Of a stretch of DNA of 37,803 nucleotides, positions 14,942 to 23,650 are shown in pieces. The notes under the pieces were generated by a model. The model was not told the origin of the DNA. It was given only the letters and a program-made list of their open reading frames with translations, and made no database searches. The stretch comes from a virus: positions 1 through 37,803 of the IMG/VR virus record IMGVR_UViG_3300036466_000098. One strand, given 5' to 3'. Positions within the stretch are counted from its first letter, which is position 1; the number at the start of each line of letters is the position of its first letter. The translations under genes and the position numbers were made by a program.

Positions 14942-16318
14942 CTAAATCCATGTTGGCAATAGCATTTCCTGATCGGCGTTGTAGTCTGTCTTTTCCAGTT
15001 TTGCGCCGAATATCTCTTGCTTCATCAAGTCAACCATATGGGCCATCATGCTGGCACTAAGCTCCTCATGCTGGGCATCTTTGCGCCGTATGTTTTCGAC
15101 AACCGCGCCTTCTATGTCGGCACTGATAACGTGACAATGAACTGTTCTGCTTTGTCCGAATCGCCATTGGCGACGGATAGCCTGATAGTACGACTCCCAG
15201 CTGTCTGACAAGCCGACAAATACACAATGGCGGCTCGACTGCCAGTTCATTCCGAACCCGGCGATCTTTGGTTTGGTAACCAAGCACTTTATCCCGCCGT
15301 CTGCGAAGTCAAGCATGGCCGATGTCTTGTGTTCCGGCTTGTCTGCGCCTTTCACTTCGACAGCGCCATCTATCAGATCCGTCAGCATGGCTGATTCATC
15401 ATTCAGGTGACACCATACAACGGCTGGTTCATCAAGCGCATTTACGATCTCAGCGGCTTTTCGGCATCGATCTTCAACGGTACTCCTTCGCGCCTTATTG
15501 CGCTCAGAAAGGCTCTGAGCAGGCTCCACAAAAAGCTGACCATTGTCAGGCTCTGTTTGTATCGTGTACTGATTGTATTCAACCGGCGGCAGGTCATAGC
15601 CTTCAGTATCAAAACCAATATCCGCAGGTGTGCGCATGAACACGCACCATGTCGATAACCACTTCCAGAATTTGGCTTTGCCGTGGTGCTTTAGTCGCCA
15701 GTCGCCGGTTCCCCCGGACGTATCGTGGATGAAAAACATCGCCAGCATTTCTAGTTGCGACATAATGCCCAAGAACTCTGATTGCGTTCCCAGCTCCATA
15801 AAGTCGTTTGGACTTGGTGTTGCCGTGCAGCTCAGCCGATACGGTGTTGCGCTGAAAAAATCCGTTATCATCTTGCGCATACGACCATCCATGCCTTTCA
15901 ATATGCTGGACTCATCAAGGATTACGCCTGACCACATATCCGGGCTGAAATGCTTCAGTTTTTCATAATTGGTTATGTAAATTCCAGGCGCGTCAACTTC
16001 GGATTCGTCGGCAACAAATCTCGCAGACAATCCGAATTTTGACGCCTCGCGCTCGGTCTGATGTGCAACAGCGAGCGGGGCCAGTAGTAGAACGTATCCG
16101 TCAGTGTGGCGCTGAACCTGATCGCCCCAAGTTAGCTGGGTGATCGTTTTGCCAAGCCCGGTGTCCATGAAAACCCCAGCACGGCCACGCTTACATGCCC
16201 ACGATACAACAGCAGACTGATGCGGGAATATGGCGTCAGGGTATGCCGATACGCTTGGCTCAAATCCACAGTTAATGCTTTCGTATTCGCGGGTTGCGAT
16301 ATAGTCGTTGTAATCCAT
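14942..16318 (-). CDS. SNF2-family (DEAD/DEAH-like) ATPase/helicase
   Basis: Motif I DTGLGKT, motif II ILDESS, and a C-terminal helicase domain. 458 aa. Confidence 0.8.
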   Translation of the reverse strand: MDYNDYIATREYESINCGFEPSVSAYPDAIFPHQSAVVSWACKRGRAGVFMDTGLGKTITQLTWGDQVQRHTDGYVLLLAPLAVAHQTEREASKFGLSARFVADESEVDAPGIYITNYEKLKHFSPDMWSGVILDESSILKGMDGRMRKMITDFFSATPYRLSCTATPSPNDFMELGTQSEFLGIMSQLEMLAMFFIHDTSGGTGDWRLKHHGKAKFWKWLSTWCVFMRTPADIGFDTEGYDLPPVEYNQYTIQTEPDNGQLFVEPAQSLSERNKARRSTVEDRCRKAAEIVNALDEPAVVWCHLNDESAMLTDLIDGAVEVKGADKPEHKTSAMLDFADGGIKCLVTKPKIAGFGMNWQSSRHCVFVGLSDSWESYYQAIRRQWRFGQSRTVHCHVISADIEGAVVENIRRKDAQHEELSASMMAHMVDLMKQEIFGAKLEKTDYNADQEMLLPTWI

Positions 16319-16321
16319 TAT

Positions 16322-17284
16322 TCACCCCCCGAACATGTCATATTGGCCTTTTGTCGCCTGCTCAAGATTTCGGCAGGCAAGGTCAAAATAACTCGCTTTC
16401 AGCTCAGCGCCGATAAACTTCCGTCCCATCTTGACGGCCATATATCCTTCTGACCCTATACCCATAAAAGGTGACCATACGGTATCGCCCGGCATTGACC
16501 AGAGCTGCAAGCATCGCTCGATAACATCGAGCTGAAGAGGACAGATATGGCGCTCATCATCGCTATCACGCCCTTCTCGGTAGTTGAGCGTATCGGTCTG
16601 GTTAATATCCATCCATACGGGGCTTGCGTATCGCTGCCAAATGTCTATCACGCTGGCATTGTCGTTTGCTGGCACCCATGCTGTGCGGTTGTCGTCGTAT
16701 TCGACTGGCTTATAATGCGGCGGCACGTTGTCGCCAACATAGTGATCCAGTGCGCCACTGATAGGCGTGTCGTTTTCGCCCAGTTTTCGCATGACAACGA
16801 TATAATCAGGGATACCCTGGCGGCTCATACTGGAGTCTTTGCATATGGTTTTATGCAGCAGCCCAAGCGCCTTAGTGCGCTGCATGGCAACAACTGGATC
16901 CTTCCAGATGCAAATCTCGCTATGGAATACAAATCCGGCGTCTTGGTATGCACGGATGATTTCGCCACGGAAGTCTCGGATACCGATATAGCCGTGATTC
17001 TGCTTGCTGGTTGGCAGGTTCATGCAATGAATCGCAACCAGTCGGCCCGGTTTCATGACGCGGTGCTGTTCGCGGATCAGGAACTGGTAATGCTGCCAAA
17101 AGTCATCACTGCTTCGGGCGTTACCCATATCGCGGTCGCTGTTCGAGTAGGTGAACAACGTCTCGAATGGCGGCGAAAAAACAGAGAATCCGACGGAGTT
17201 ATCCGGCAGTCCTTGCGCTACTTCTACCGTGTCGGCATGGTAGATACTGTACTGTTCTTCGTGTTTCTGGTTAATTACTTTCAT
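16322..17284 (-). CDS. Beta-class amino DNA methyltransferase (N4-C or N6-A)
   Basis: Motif IV SPPF lies near the N-terminus and motif I FMGIGSEG near the C-terminus. Confidence 0.8.
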   Translation of the reverse strand: MKVINQKHEEQYSIYHADTVEVAQGLPDNSVGFSVFSPPFETLFTYSNSDRDMGNARSSDDFWQHYQFLIREQHRVMKPGRLVAIHCMNLPTSKQNHGYIGIRDFRGEIIRAYQDAGFVFHSEICIWKDPVVAMQRTKALGLLHKTICKDSSMSRQGIPDYIVVMRKLGENDTPISGALDHYVGDNVPPHYKPVEYDDNRTAWVPANDNASVIDIWQRYASPVWMDINQTDTLNYREGRDSDDERHICPLQLDVIERCLQLWSMPGDTVWSPFMGIGSEGYMAVKMGRKFIGAELKASYFDLACRNLEQATKGQYDMFGG

Positions 17285-17748
17285 TCTTCCGGCTCCAGCT
17301 TCTCAATCATCTTGTCCAAATACCAACGCGCCTTCTTGATGTCCTCCAGCTGGTTTTTCTCCCAACAGCGCAGCAGGTATTCAATGGCGCGATCCCAATC
17401 GCTGTAGAGGTCATGCGGCAGTTGCAGGGCTTGCGCCTTGGCCGCAAGGTCTTGGCGTAGGTCGTACACTTCGTAGCCGTCGCGCAATTGATAGTGCGGC
17501 GGGCTGTTGACCATGTCGGTGGCGTCAACGGAATGGTCTACCATTTTCCCGGCGTCGGCATTATGGTCGCTCAGCATGATGCGCTGAATATCTCGAACCC
17601 AGGGCGTTTCACTCTCCAGCCAATGCTTGCCATCGGGATGCTGGAACCACCATCCGTTTGTATCCAGTTTGTACCAACCGGGCTGGCTGTACTTTCCACC
17701 CTCGCACCAATGTGTCGCGCCTTCCGGCACCTCATTCGGTTGCTTCAT
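17281..17748 (-). CDS. DUF3310 domain protein
   Basis: VNSPPHYQ...IEYLLRCWEKNQLEDIKKARWYL is a DUF3310-type signature. ATG 17748 has a GGGAGGG RBS. Confidence 0.65.
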   Translation of the reverse strand: MKQPNEVPEGATHWCEGGKYSQPGWYKLDTNGWWFQHPDGKHWLESETPWVRDIQRIMLSDHNADAGKMVDHSVDATDMVNSPPHYQLRDGYEVYDLRQDLAAKAQALQLPHDLYSDWDRAIEYLLRCWEKNQLEDIKKARWYLDKMIEKLEPEE

Positions 17749-18215
17749 ACCCAAACCCTCCCAAGCCAGTAGCGCGACAGCGCGCCAGCCATACCGCCGT
17801 CGTATTTGTCGGTCGTTTTGTTGTCTGCCATGTCGCCAGGTGCGTGACCGATAACGCTCAGCGCCTCGTGTATCGTGTAGATGTTGCAGTGGTAGCGCCG
17901 GGCCAGGCTCGACAGGTTGAGATTGCGAACGGTGCGGTCGGACTGCATATCCGATACGATTTTGCGGATCAGCTCCTGCTTGGCCGCTTCGCGCTGCTTG
18001 CGGACGATCCTGTTCCGGCGCTCTGCCAGTTCAACGCCGAGCTTTTCGGCCAGCGCGTAGATGCGGTGCTCAGGGACGCCGGTTTCGCGCGACATGTCAC
18101 GAACCGGCTTGAGACCGTGCAGGATTTCATGCGTTAGCATTTCCAGGTGTTGGGCCATCAATGCGTCGTTGTGTTGGCGGCGGACGTGCGGCTTACCGTG
18201 ACTATGCTTGCTCAT
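17745..18215 (-). CDS. Hypothetical protein with HTH-like segments
   Basis: 156 aa from ATG 18215 with a GGAGGG RBS. Confidence 0.55.
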   Translation of the reverse strand: MSKHSHGKPHVRRQHNDALMAQHLEMLTHEILHGLKPVRDMSRETGVPEHRIYALAEKLGVELAERRNRIVRKQREAAKQELIRKIVSDMQSDRTVRNLNLSSLARRYHCNIYTIHEALSVIGHAPGDMADNKTTDKYDGGMAGALSRYWLGRVWV

Positions 18216-18423
18216 CAAGTACGCCCTCCGCTTTCAGATACTCGGCCATGTTCTCACGGCGCTCGGTCAAAATTCGCTCCATGGCGGCAAATACCAGACC
18301 GGCTTCGTCGCGGTTGAGGTGCTTGATCGCTGTCTCAATACCCTGCCCTGAGTTCAGCGCGTGGATAGCGCCATCCATGCGGTCTATGGCGTTGATGGTG
18401 GTTCTGAGTTGGTGGAGGTTCAT
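18202..18423 (-). CDS. Hypothetical protein
   Basis: 73 aa with an ATG start. Confidence 0.55.
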   Translation of the reverse strand: MNLHQLRTTINAIDRMDGAIHALNSGQGIETAIKHLNRDEAGLVFAAMERILTERRENMAEYLKAEGVLDEQA

Positions 18424-18426
18424 AGC

Positions 18427-18732
18427 TTATGCTCCTCGGGCCTTTGCCAAGACCGTGCGACCAACTTCCGCTGCGTTACGTCCTATCAGTGTATCGTTTG
18501 CTGTCTTTTCAAGCGCTTCTACACTAACTCTTAACGCCTCATACAACTCAGGCGCTGAGGCGATTAAATGGCCTTCACAAACTCGCCGACAATGTCCCGC
18601 GAAGTCAATATTTGTCGCACTCGTTACAATAGTTATCGGTGAGCTAGGACCTTTTACCGTAATCATGCCTGGGTAGCGATCATGATCAACCGCAATCCAC
18701 GGACCCGGCGTCCATTTCGTTTCGTTACTCAT
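18427..18732 (-). CDS. Hypothetical phage protein
   Basis: 101 aa. WTPGPW...HLIASAPELYEAL is a recurrent motif in phage proteins of unknown function. Confidence 0.6.
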   Translation of the reverse strand: MSNETKWTPGPWIAVDHDRYPGMITVKGPSSPITIVTSATNIDFAGHCRRVCEGHLIASAPELYEALRVSVEALEKTANDTLIGRNAAEVGRTVLAKARGA

Positions 18733-18911
18733 AGCTTATGCTCCCTGATCCATTCGATAACCTCATCCTGGTCAAACCGGACCGGCGCGTTATCGCCTTC
18801 GCCTAGCTTGATGGTGCGGGGGAAGCTGTCATCCTCTTTGACCAGCTTGTAAATCTTTGATCGGCTGAATCCGAGCATATGCCCGACTTCGGTTACGGTT
18901 ATCAGTTTCAT
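18729..18911 (-). CDS. AlpA-family HTH regulator (excisionase-like fold)
   Basis: 60 aa. ITVTEVGHMLGFSRSKIYKLVKEDDSFP...F..DEVIEWI matches the AlpA pattern. Confidence 0.75.
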   Translation of the reverse strand: MKLITVTEVGHMLGFSRSKIYKLVKEDDSFPRTIKLGEGDNAPVRFDQDEVIEWIREHKL

Positions 18912-19051
18912 TCACAGCTCCTTACATGCGTTTCACAGTTAATGCCAGTGCGGGCTTCGACATAATCCATGTGGGCAACAAGGCCATACATGACCAGTGC
19001 GATAATGGCGAGACCGGCGAAGGCGAGGCGGTTCATGGTTTTGTCAGTCAT
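18908..19051 (-). CDS. Small membrane protein (47 aa; below the ORF-track size cutoff)
   Basis: Translated by hand as MTDKTMNRLAFAGLAIIALVMYGLVAH.... ATGA overlaps at both ends. Confidence 0.5.
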   Translation of the reverse strand: MTDKTMNRLAFAGLAIIALVMYGLVAHMDYVEARTGINCETHVRSCE

Positions 19052-19377
19052 TTTGCTTCCTCCTGTGCGGCGGCGATCATGGCTTTATAGATGTGCTCAA
19101 GCGGGAATGAGTCACCATCTGCTCTGAATCCTGAATTAATCATTGAATCTGTCGGCTCAACCGGCACCAGCGCGTAACCTTCAGGAGCGTGGCGGGTGTT
19201 CCATGACTCCATGGCAAGATCCCAGCTGATATGGCTGCCTGCGGAACTGCGCTTTAAAGGGCCTAACGCTCCGCAACCATCGCATCGGACGGTGTAGCAC
19301 TCCGACTCGTGGCGGAACGCCTGCACTTCAACATTGGCAGACCCACAAAACGGGCAGGGTTTCAATTTTTCACTCAT
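19048..19377 (-). CDS. lar: Lar-family restriction alleviation protein with a C-terminal extension
   Basis: LKPCPFCGS...VRCDGCGALGP...AMESWNTR is the Lar family signature. Confidence 0.7.
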   Translation of the reverse strand: MSEKLKPCPFCGSANVEVQAFRHESECYTVRCDGCGALGPLKRSSAGSHISWDLAMESWNTRHAPEGYALVPVEPTDSMINSGFRADGDSFPLEHIYKAMIAAAQEEAK

Positions 19378-19582
19378 TGCTCATCACCTCCTCAAGCTCT
19401 ACAGCGGCTTTTAGCGCGGCGCTGGCAAGCTGGCGCAGGATGGCCGGGCTGGCTCGCATGATGTTGACCTCAGAATCACCAGACGTGATCGTTATGGCAG
19501 CGAACGGTTCGCAGTTTTCAGTCTTGCGAAAAACGCTGTAGCTAATGCTGTCAGGGCGGTGAATGCTGGTAGTGGATGCCAT
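19370..19582 (-). CDS. Hypothetical protein
   Basis: 70 aa from ATG 19582 with a GAGAGGA RBS. It is the first gene after the internal promoter. Confidence 0.55.
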   Translation of the reverse strand: MASTTSIHRPDSISYSVFRKTENCEPFAAITITSGDSEVNIMRASPAILRQLASAALKAAVELEEVMSNE

Positions 19583-19618
19583 GGTGTTTTCCTCTCTGTT
19601 TGTTGTCTCTGTGTGTGC

Positions 19619-19648
19619 ATAGTAGTTCATATCTGTTTTTTCTGTCAA
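19619..19648 (-). promoter_or_regulatory. Sigma70 promoter candidate (TTGACA-N18-TACTAT)
   Basis: A perfect -35 immediately downstream of a - strand terminator. Confidence 0.55.
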
Positions 19649-19651
19649 CAA

Positions 19652-19676
19652 GAAAAAGCCCTCATTTTGAGGGCTT
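19652..19676 (-). terminator. Rho-independent terminator inside the early arm
   Basis: 9-bp stem AAGCCCTCA / TGAGGGCTT, followed by TTTTT on the - strand. Confidence 0.75.
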
Positions 19677-19931
19677 GCGTGCTATGTCCTTATCGCTGTA
19701 CCGCTGTTTTGCATCCGACCAGGTTGCCAAAACTTGCCGCTGGACGTCAGCACGGATCTTCGGCGGTAGCGTTTCAAGCGCCGCACGGCGCTCGTCTTTG
19801 GTTCTCAGTGTTAGGATGTACTCAGCCTCTAGGGTTACCATCATTCCGATGATCAGCGACACCTCTGGCTCTATCGTTTCGGATTCGGCGTCGTGGATGA
19901 TGTATTGGGCTAGTTGGTTTATGGGGGTCAT
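19662..19931 (-). CDS. Hypothetical protein
   Basis: 89 aa from ATG 19931 (MTPINQLAQ...). ATGA overlap with the VRR-NUC gene. Confidence 0.55.
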   Translation of the reverse strand: MTPINQLAQYIIHDAESETIEPEVSLIIGMMVTLEAEYILTLRTKDERRAALETLPPKIRADVQRQVLATWSDAKQRYSDKDIARKPSK

Positions 19932-20320
19932 AGCCAGTCCTCCAAGGCTTGCATGGCGCCTTCCCACCCCAGGGCGACACACACAAAACAACCTTGCCGC
20001 TTTGCCTCTTCGAGATACTCCACCTGGCCGGACTCCCATTTGCTCCTTGTGTGGTCTCTTCGCTTTAGCTCGCACACAAAAGAAGGGCATCCCGGTATGA
20101 TGATGTCAGACGCGCCCGGCGTCATCCCCTCAACTTTATGTCGTGCCGCTTGCTGATAGCTGCGTTTGCCTTCGTTGCGCGGATGAATGGCAACTTTTCG
20201 CAGATTGGGGTATCGGCGTTCAAGCTCAGCAAAAAACGTGATCTGTTCTGCGCTCTCTACCGGACATTCACCCCGGTACGATATGTCGCCATAGACGGGT
20301 ATATCAGGATGGAATTTCAT
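19928..20320 (-). CDS. VRR-NUC domain nuclease
   Basis: GMTPGASDIIIPG...FVCELKR is the VRR-NUC catalytic core. ATG 20320; the TTG at 20341 is an alternative start. Confidence 0.75.
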   Translation of the reverse strand: MKFHPDIPVYGDISYRGECPVESAEQITFFAELERRYPNLRKVAIHPRNEGKRSYQQAARHKVEGMTPGASDIIIPGCPSFVCELKRRDHTRSKWESGQVEYLEEAKRQGCFVCVALGWEGAMQALEDWL

Positions 20321-22154
20321 CAGCTGGCCTATTATGTGCAATGACTTTGTAGAATGTACTTCCGCGTTCGCGGTGGCACGTTATGGTTTTTGGTGGCTGC
20401 CCTCTTTCGAGGTAGCGCATGAATGTGGCGGCGTCCGGAGCGACATGGCCAGCAAAAACAGCCTGATTTAGAGATCGCCATGCGTGGCGGGCTTGCGGGT
20501 GATTGCTTTGCGGAACGTACCAGATCTTAAAGGTGCGATATGGCGTAGTGTACTCGCAGACAATGGTTTCCTTGCCGCTCTGGCTGGTGCTAGGCATGGC
20601 TGACCATCTGAGTATCTTATCGGTACTAATGCTGTACGGGTCTCGTTTAACGCGCTGGAACTCCTGGCGGAGCTTCTCGTTCGGGTCTACCAGCTCGTGT
20701 TTGCACTCCTCGCAGAACCGCGCAGCTATGTCGTTTTTATGGTCGCATTCGGGGCACTCTTTGTACGTCCATCGGTACTCGCAACGCTCAAAAACTCCCT
20801 TGTGGAATAACGAAGGAACCTGCCCGGTACATCGCCGCCCAAAATGAGCTGGCATTGGCCCATGCGGCGTGGCTATTTCGTTGCCAGCGAGATCCAGAAA
20901 ATACCCAGATTGGCTGATCTGGAACCCGTCCTTGTTTGGTCGTGCGCCGAACTCATTCTCAAAACCGCAATCGGGGCATTCAACAAACAACAGTTCGCCG
21001 CCAGATTTCGATCCCTTCACTCTTATCTCTGGCGTGAAAAGATCATCATGAAGGTTATGGCGCTCGATATTCTCGGCGTAGTCCAGCACCAGGCAATCTG
21101 CCTTGCCATCGCTCAGGCGCAGGCCACGGCCAATAATCTGTTGCAGAAGGCCCGGCGACTCAGTCGCGCGCATGATGGCAATCAGGTCAACATGCGGCGC
21201 ATCGAATCCGGTTGTCAATGTGCCGACAGATACCAGGTACTTGAATTTGCGCGCTTTGAAGTCGGCAATCAGTGCTTCACGCTCGATGCGCTTCATGTTT
21301 ATGTCACCACCGAGCATGCGGCTGATGCCGACCGGCAACGACTCCATGATCTCTTTTGCATGATCTACTGTGGCAGCAAATATCATCACACCCTGCCGCC
21401 CGACAGAATGCCCAACGACATCAGCAACGATCTGCGCGGTTAGTCGGCCACGGCCCTCGAACACTCGCTCGACATCAGCGGCCTTGAATTTGCCGTTGCT
21501 GCCGACTTGCAGATTACCAGCCGCGTACTGCGCTGCAATATCTGGATCAGCATGAGCTTCGGTCAAGTAGCCCATATCGATCAGCTGTCTCGTCTGGATG
21601 CGGTATAGCAGGGTGTTGAAATACGGGTCGCGCGCCTGATCTTCGGGAACAAACGAGCCGTCTGTATCGTACTGGTAGATGAATCCGGTTGTTGTCCTGT
21701 ATGGGGTCGCAGTCAACCCTATGACGCGCAGGTTTTTGTTTCGCGCGCGTATCGCATCAATGATGGCAACGATAGTCGGCGTTATGCCGTGCGCCTCATC
21801 AAGAATGACAGCGCCAAACATATCACCGAACCGAGACAGGCTGTTCTTAACCGTCTGGGGCGTTCCGTAAACGACGTTATGGCGCATGCACTTACCGCCA
21901 GCCGATGCGCTGAAAATGCTCGCAGGGTTGCCCGTTGCAAGGTACTTGGAGGCGTTCTGTTCAGTCAGCTCTTTGCTTGGTTGTAGGCATAAAACCTTTT
22001 TGCCGCTGTGGTCGTAAATCCATCTGGCGATTTCGGCAACGATGATCGACTTCCCTGCTCCAGTAGCCAATTCGAGTAGGCCCGGCATAATGGAGCTCCG
22101 CATCCATTCGGTTGCGGCCTCCACTGCTTCGGCCTGGTATGGCCTCAATTGCAT
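20304..22154 (-). CDS. SF2 DEAD/DEAH-box DNA helicase with a C-terminal zinc-ribbon region
   Basis: RPYQ, Walker A ATGAGKS, DEAH-like ILDEAH, and CPDCG / CPECD...CEEC ribbons. Confidence 0.85.
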   Translation of the reverse strand: MQLRPYQAEAVEAATEWMRSSIMPGLLELATGAGKSIIVAEIARWIYDHSGKKVLCLQPSKELTEQNASKYLATGNPASIFSASAGGKCMRHNVVYGTPQTVKNSLSRFGDMFGAVILDEAHGITPTIVAIIDAIRARNKNLRVIGLTATPYRTTTGFIYQYDTDGSFVPEDQARDPYFNTLLYRIQTRQLIDMGYLTEAHADPDIAAQYAAGNLQVGSNGKFKAADVERVFEGRGRLTAQIVADVVGHSVGRQGVMIFAATVDHAKEIMESLPVGISRMLGGDINMKRIEREALIADFKARKFKYLVSVGTLTTGFDAPHVDLIAIMRATESPGLLQQIIGRGLRLSDGKADCLVLDYAENIERHNLHDDLFTPEIRVKGSKSGGELLFVECPDCGFENEFGARPNKDGFQISQSGYFLDLAGNEIATPHGPMPAHFGRRCTGQVPSLFHKGVFERCEYRWTYKECPECDHKNDIAARFCEECKHELVDPNEKLRQEFQRVKRDPYSISTDKILRWSAMPSTSQSGKETIVCEYTTPYRTFKIWYVPQSNHPQARHAWRSLNQAVFAGHVAPDAATFMRYLERGQPPKTITCHRERGSTFYKVIAHNRPADEIPS

Positions 22155-23020
22155 CAGCTAAACCTCCAATACTCCGAAGACTTAGCGCGGTATGGCTCAA
22201 GATCAAGCCCCTTCAGTTCGGGGATTTTGCCGTATTGCACACTCCCTTTCCGCTCAACCTTCGTCAGCTTGCGGCCAAACATGACGGCGTTTCGCTCTTT
22301 TGCCGCCTCAACCAGTTCCGCCATGATCTCTTTTTTGCGCGCGGTTGCGTCATCGATAGCGGCGCACACCTCGTCATACTCATCGATCAGCGACTTGACG
22401 CCGAGCGTGTTGATCTCGACTTCTTTTTCTTCGAGATGGGTTGGGTTGTCCATCTCTGACAAATACCGATCATAGAATGCGCGCAGCGTCGGCAGCGCAT
22501 CATTAAACCAGTCCGGATCAAAATAGATGCGCTCAATCTGCGTGCCGCGTTTTGTCCACTGGAAAAAGTCGCACCAGCTTCGGCCAGTGCATGCCATTTC
22601 GATCTGCATCTGGGCGTAGTAGTGTGGCTGCTCTTCGGCGGTTTTGAATACCAAGTCTGCGCCTGTCTTGTTGCGCAAGCCGAAAGGGCATTTGATCTCA
22701 ATGAGTCCGTCGTCGCCAACCAATCCGTCAGGGCTTGCGCCCAACCATTCGTGATTGGGATGTACGTAAAACCCGCACTCTTCGACAAAATTGCCGGTCT
22801 CGCTCTGGTACTCCATCTGCGCTAACGGTTCATGCAGCTGGCCATATTCTGTGGCAACGTTGCCATTAAACTCAGTCGGTGCGCCGTGATATTCACGCAC
22901 CATTGAGCGGATAAGGTCATCCGGTGTTTTCCAAGGGTTAACGCCAAGTGCTGCGCCGATGTTCGAGCCGGTCAGTTTGTGGCGTCGTGCTTCAAACCAT
23001 TCTGTGGATCGTTGTTCCAT
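22154..23020 (-). CDS. YqaJ-like recombination exonuclease (PD-(D/E)XK)
   Basis: STEWFEARRHKLTGSNIG...ASPDGLV...IEIKCP matches the YqaJ pattern. GAGGTG RBS. Confidence 0.85.
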   Translation of the reverse strand: MEQRSTEWFEARRHKLTGSNIGAALGVNPWKTPDDLIRSMVREYHGAPTEFNGNVATEYGQLHEPLAQMEYQSETGNFVEECGFYVHPNHEWLGASPDGLVGDDGLIEIKCPFGLRNKTGADLVFKTAEEQPHYYAQMQIEMACTGRSWCDFFQWTKRGTQIERIYFDPDWFNDALPTLRAFYDRYLSEMDNPTHLEEKEVEINTLGVKSLIDEYDEVCAAIDDATARKKEIMAELVEAAKERNAVMFGRKLTKVERKGSVQYGKIPELKGLDLEPYRAKSSEYWRFS

Positions 23021-23036
23021 ATTTCACCTCATTGGG

Positions 23037-23062
23037 CATAAAAGGCGGCATGAAGCCGCCTT
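23037..23062 (-). terminator. Intra-operon hairpin / attenuator
   Basis: 8-bp stem AAGGCGGC / GCCGCCTT, followed by TTTTAT on the - strand. Confidence 0.55.
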
Positions 23063-23069
23063 GTTTTCG

Positions 23070-23648
23070 TCAAATAACCATGTTGTGCATGTGCTGACGG
23101 AACGGCACATCATCATCGAAGTTCATACCGCCCGTTGTATCTGCCTGCTGTACCGGCTGCTGCACCGGCGCTGGTGGAGCATTCTTGACCGGTGCTACTG
23201 CGCCGATCCAGTTTCCGGACTTCTCTTCCCCGTCGCGTTTCATCTTCCAGACCATGACCTTGATGGCCATGACCTTACCAACAAGGCAACTCATCAGATC
23301 GGTGTCAGACGGCTCACCTGTGATCTTCATCAGCTTGCCTCCGGCGTTCGCGTCAATCGCCGCCAGCATGCGCTTGGCCTTATCGGCTGTTGCGCGCGGG
23401 TCTTTGTCGTTAGCCATGCCGAAGACCTTTACCTTCTGATAGATCACCCGGTTGCCGTATTGATCTGGCTTAATGACTTTCCATTTCAACGAGATATAGC
23501 GGTCTCCCTCATACTCGTCCCACTTCGCCTCTTCGATGGCGCTGATACAGCCGGTTCCATTGGGGATCGGCTCAAGGTCGCCGCCACCCATCTCGAACTG
23601 GCCTGAATTGTCGATCTGCTGTCCGTCGTTAAGATCCCAAAAGCTCAT
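23070..23648 (-). CDS. DUF669-type ssDNA-binding-like protein
   Basis: 192 aa, adjacent to the Sak4-like ATPase as in known modules. An acidic DDDVPF motif lies near the C-terminus. Confidence 0.65.
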   Translation of the reverse strand: MSFWDLNDGQQIDNSGQFEMGGGDLEPIPNGTGCISAIEEAKWDEYEGDRYISLKWKVIKPDQYGNRVIYQKVKVFGMANDKDPRATADKAKRMLAAIDANAGGKLMKITGEPSDTDLMSCLVGKVMAIKVMVWKMKRDGEEKSGNWIGAVAPVKNAPPAPVQQPVQQADTTGGMNFDDDVPFRQHMHNMVI

Positions 23649-23650
23649 TG

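Noticed and set aside
14942-17284. SNF2 ATPase plus methyltransferase as a DISARM/BREX-type defence system
   Set aside because: No other signature components are present (PLD, DUF1998, PglZ, BrxC and so on). The genes sit within a phage early operon, so a phage counter-defence or replication role is more parsimonious.
16547-17407. Long antisense ORFs opposite real genes (this one is 286 aa; also 23648..24421, 20844..21443, 12498..12959, 17658..18137, 18161..18676, 32259..32735, 7382..7834)
   Set aside because: These are shadow ORFs of strongly supported genes on the other strand. Their compositions are implausible (Cys/Arg/Ser-rich), and they have no RBS and no recognisable motifs.
18729-18911. 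AlpA-like excisionase-fold gene as evidence of a lysogeny module
   Set aside because: The complete genome has no integrase, CI-type repressor or attachment-site signature. The gene more likely acts as a transcription regulator.
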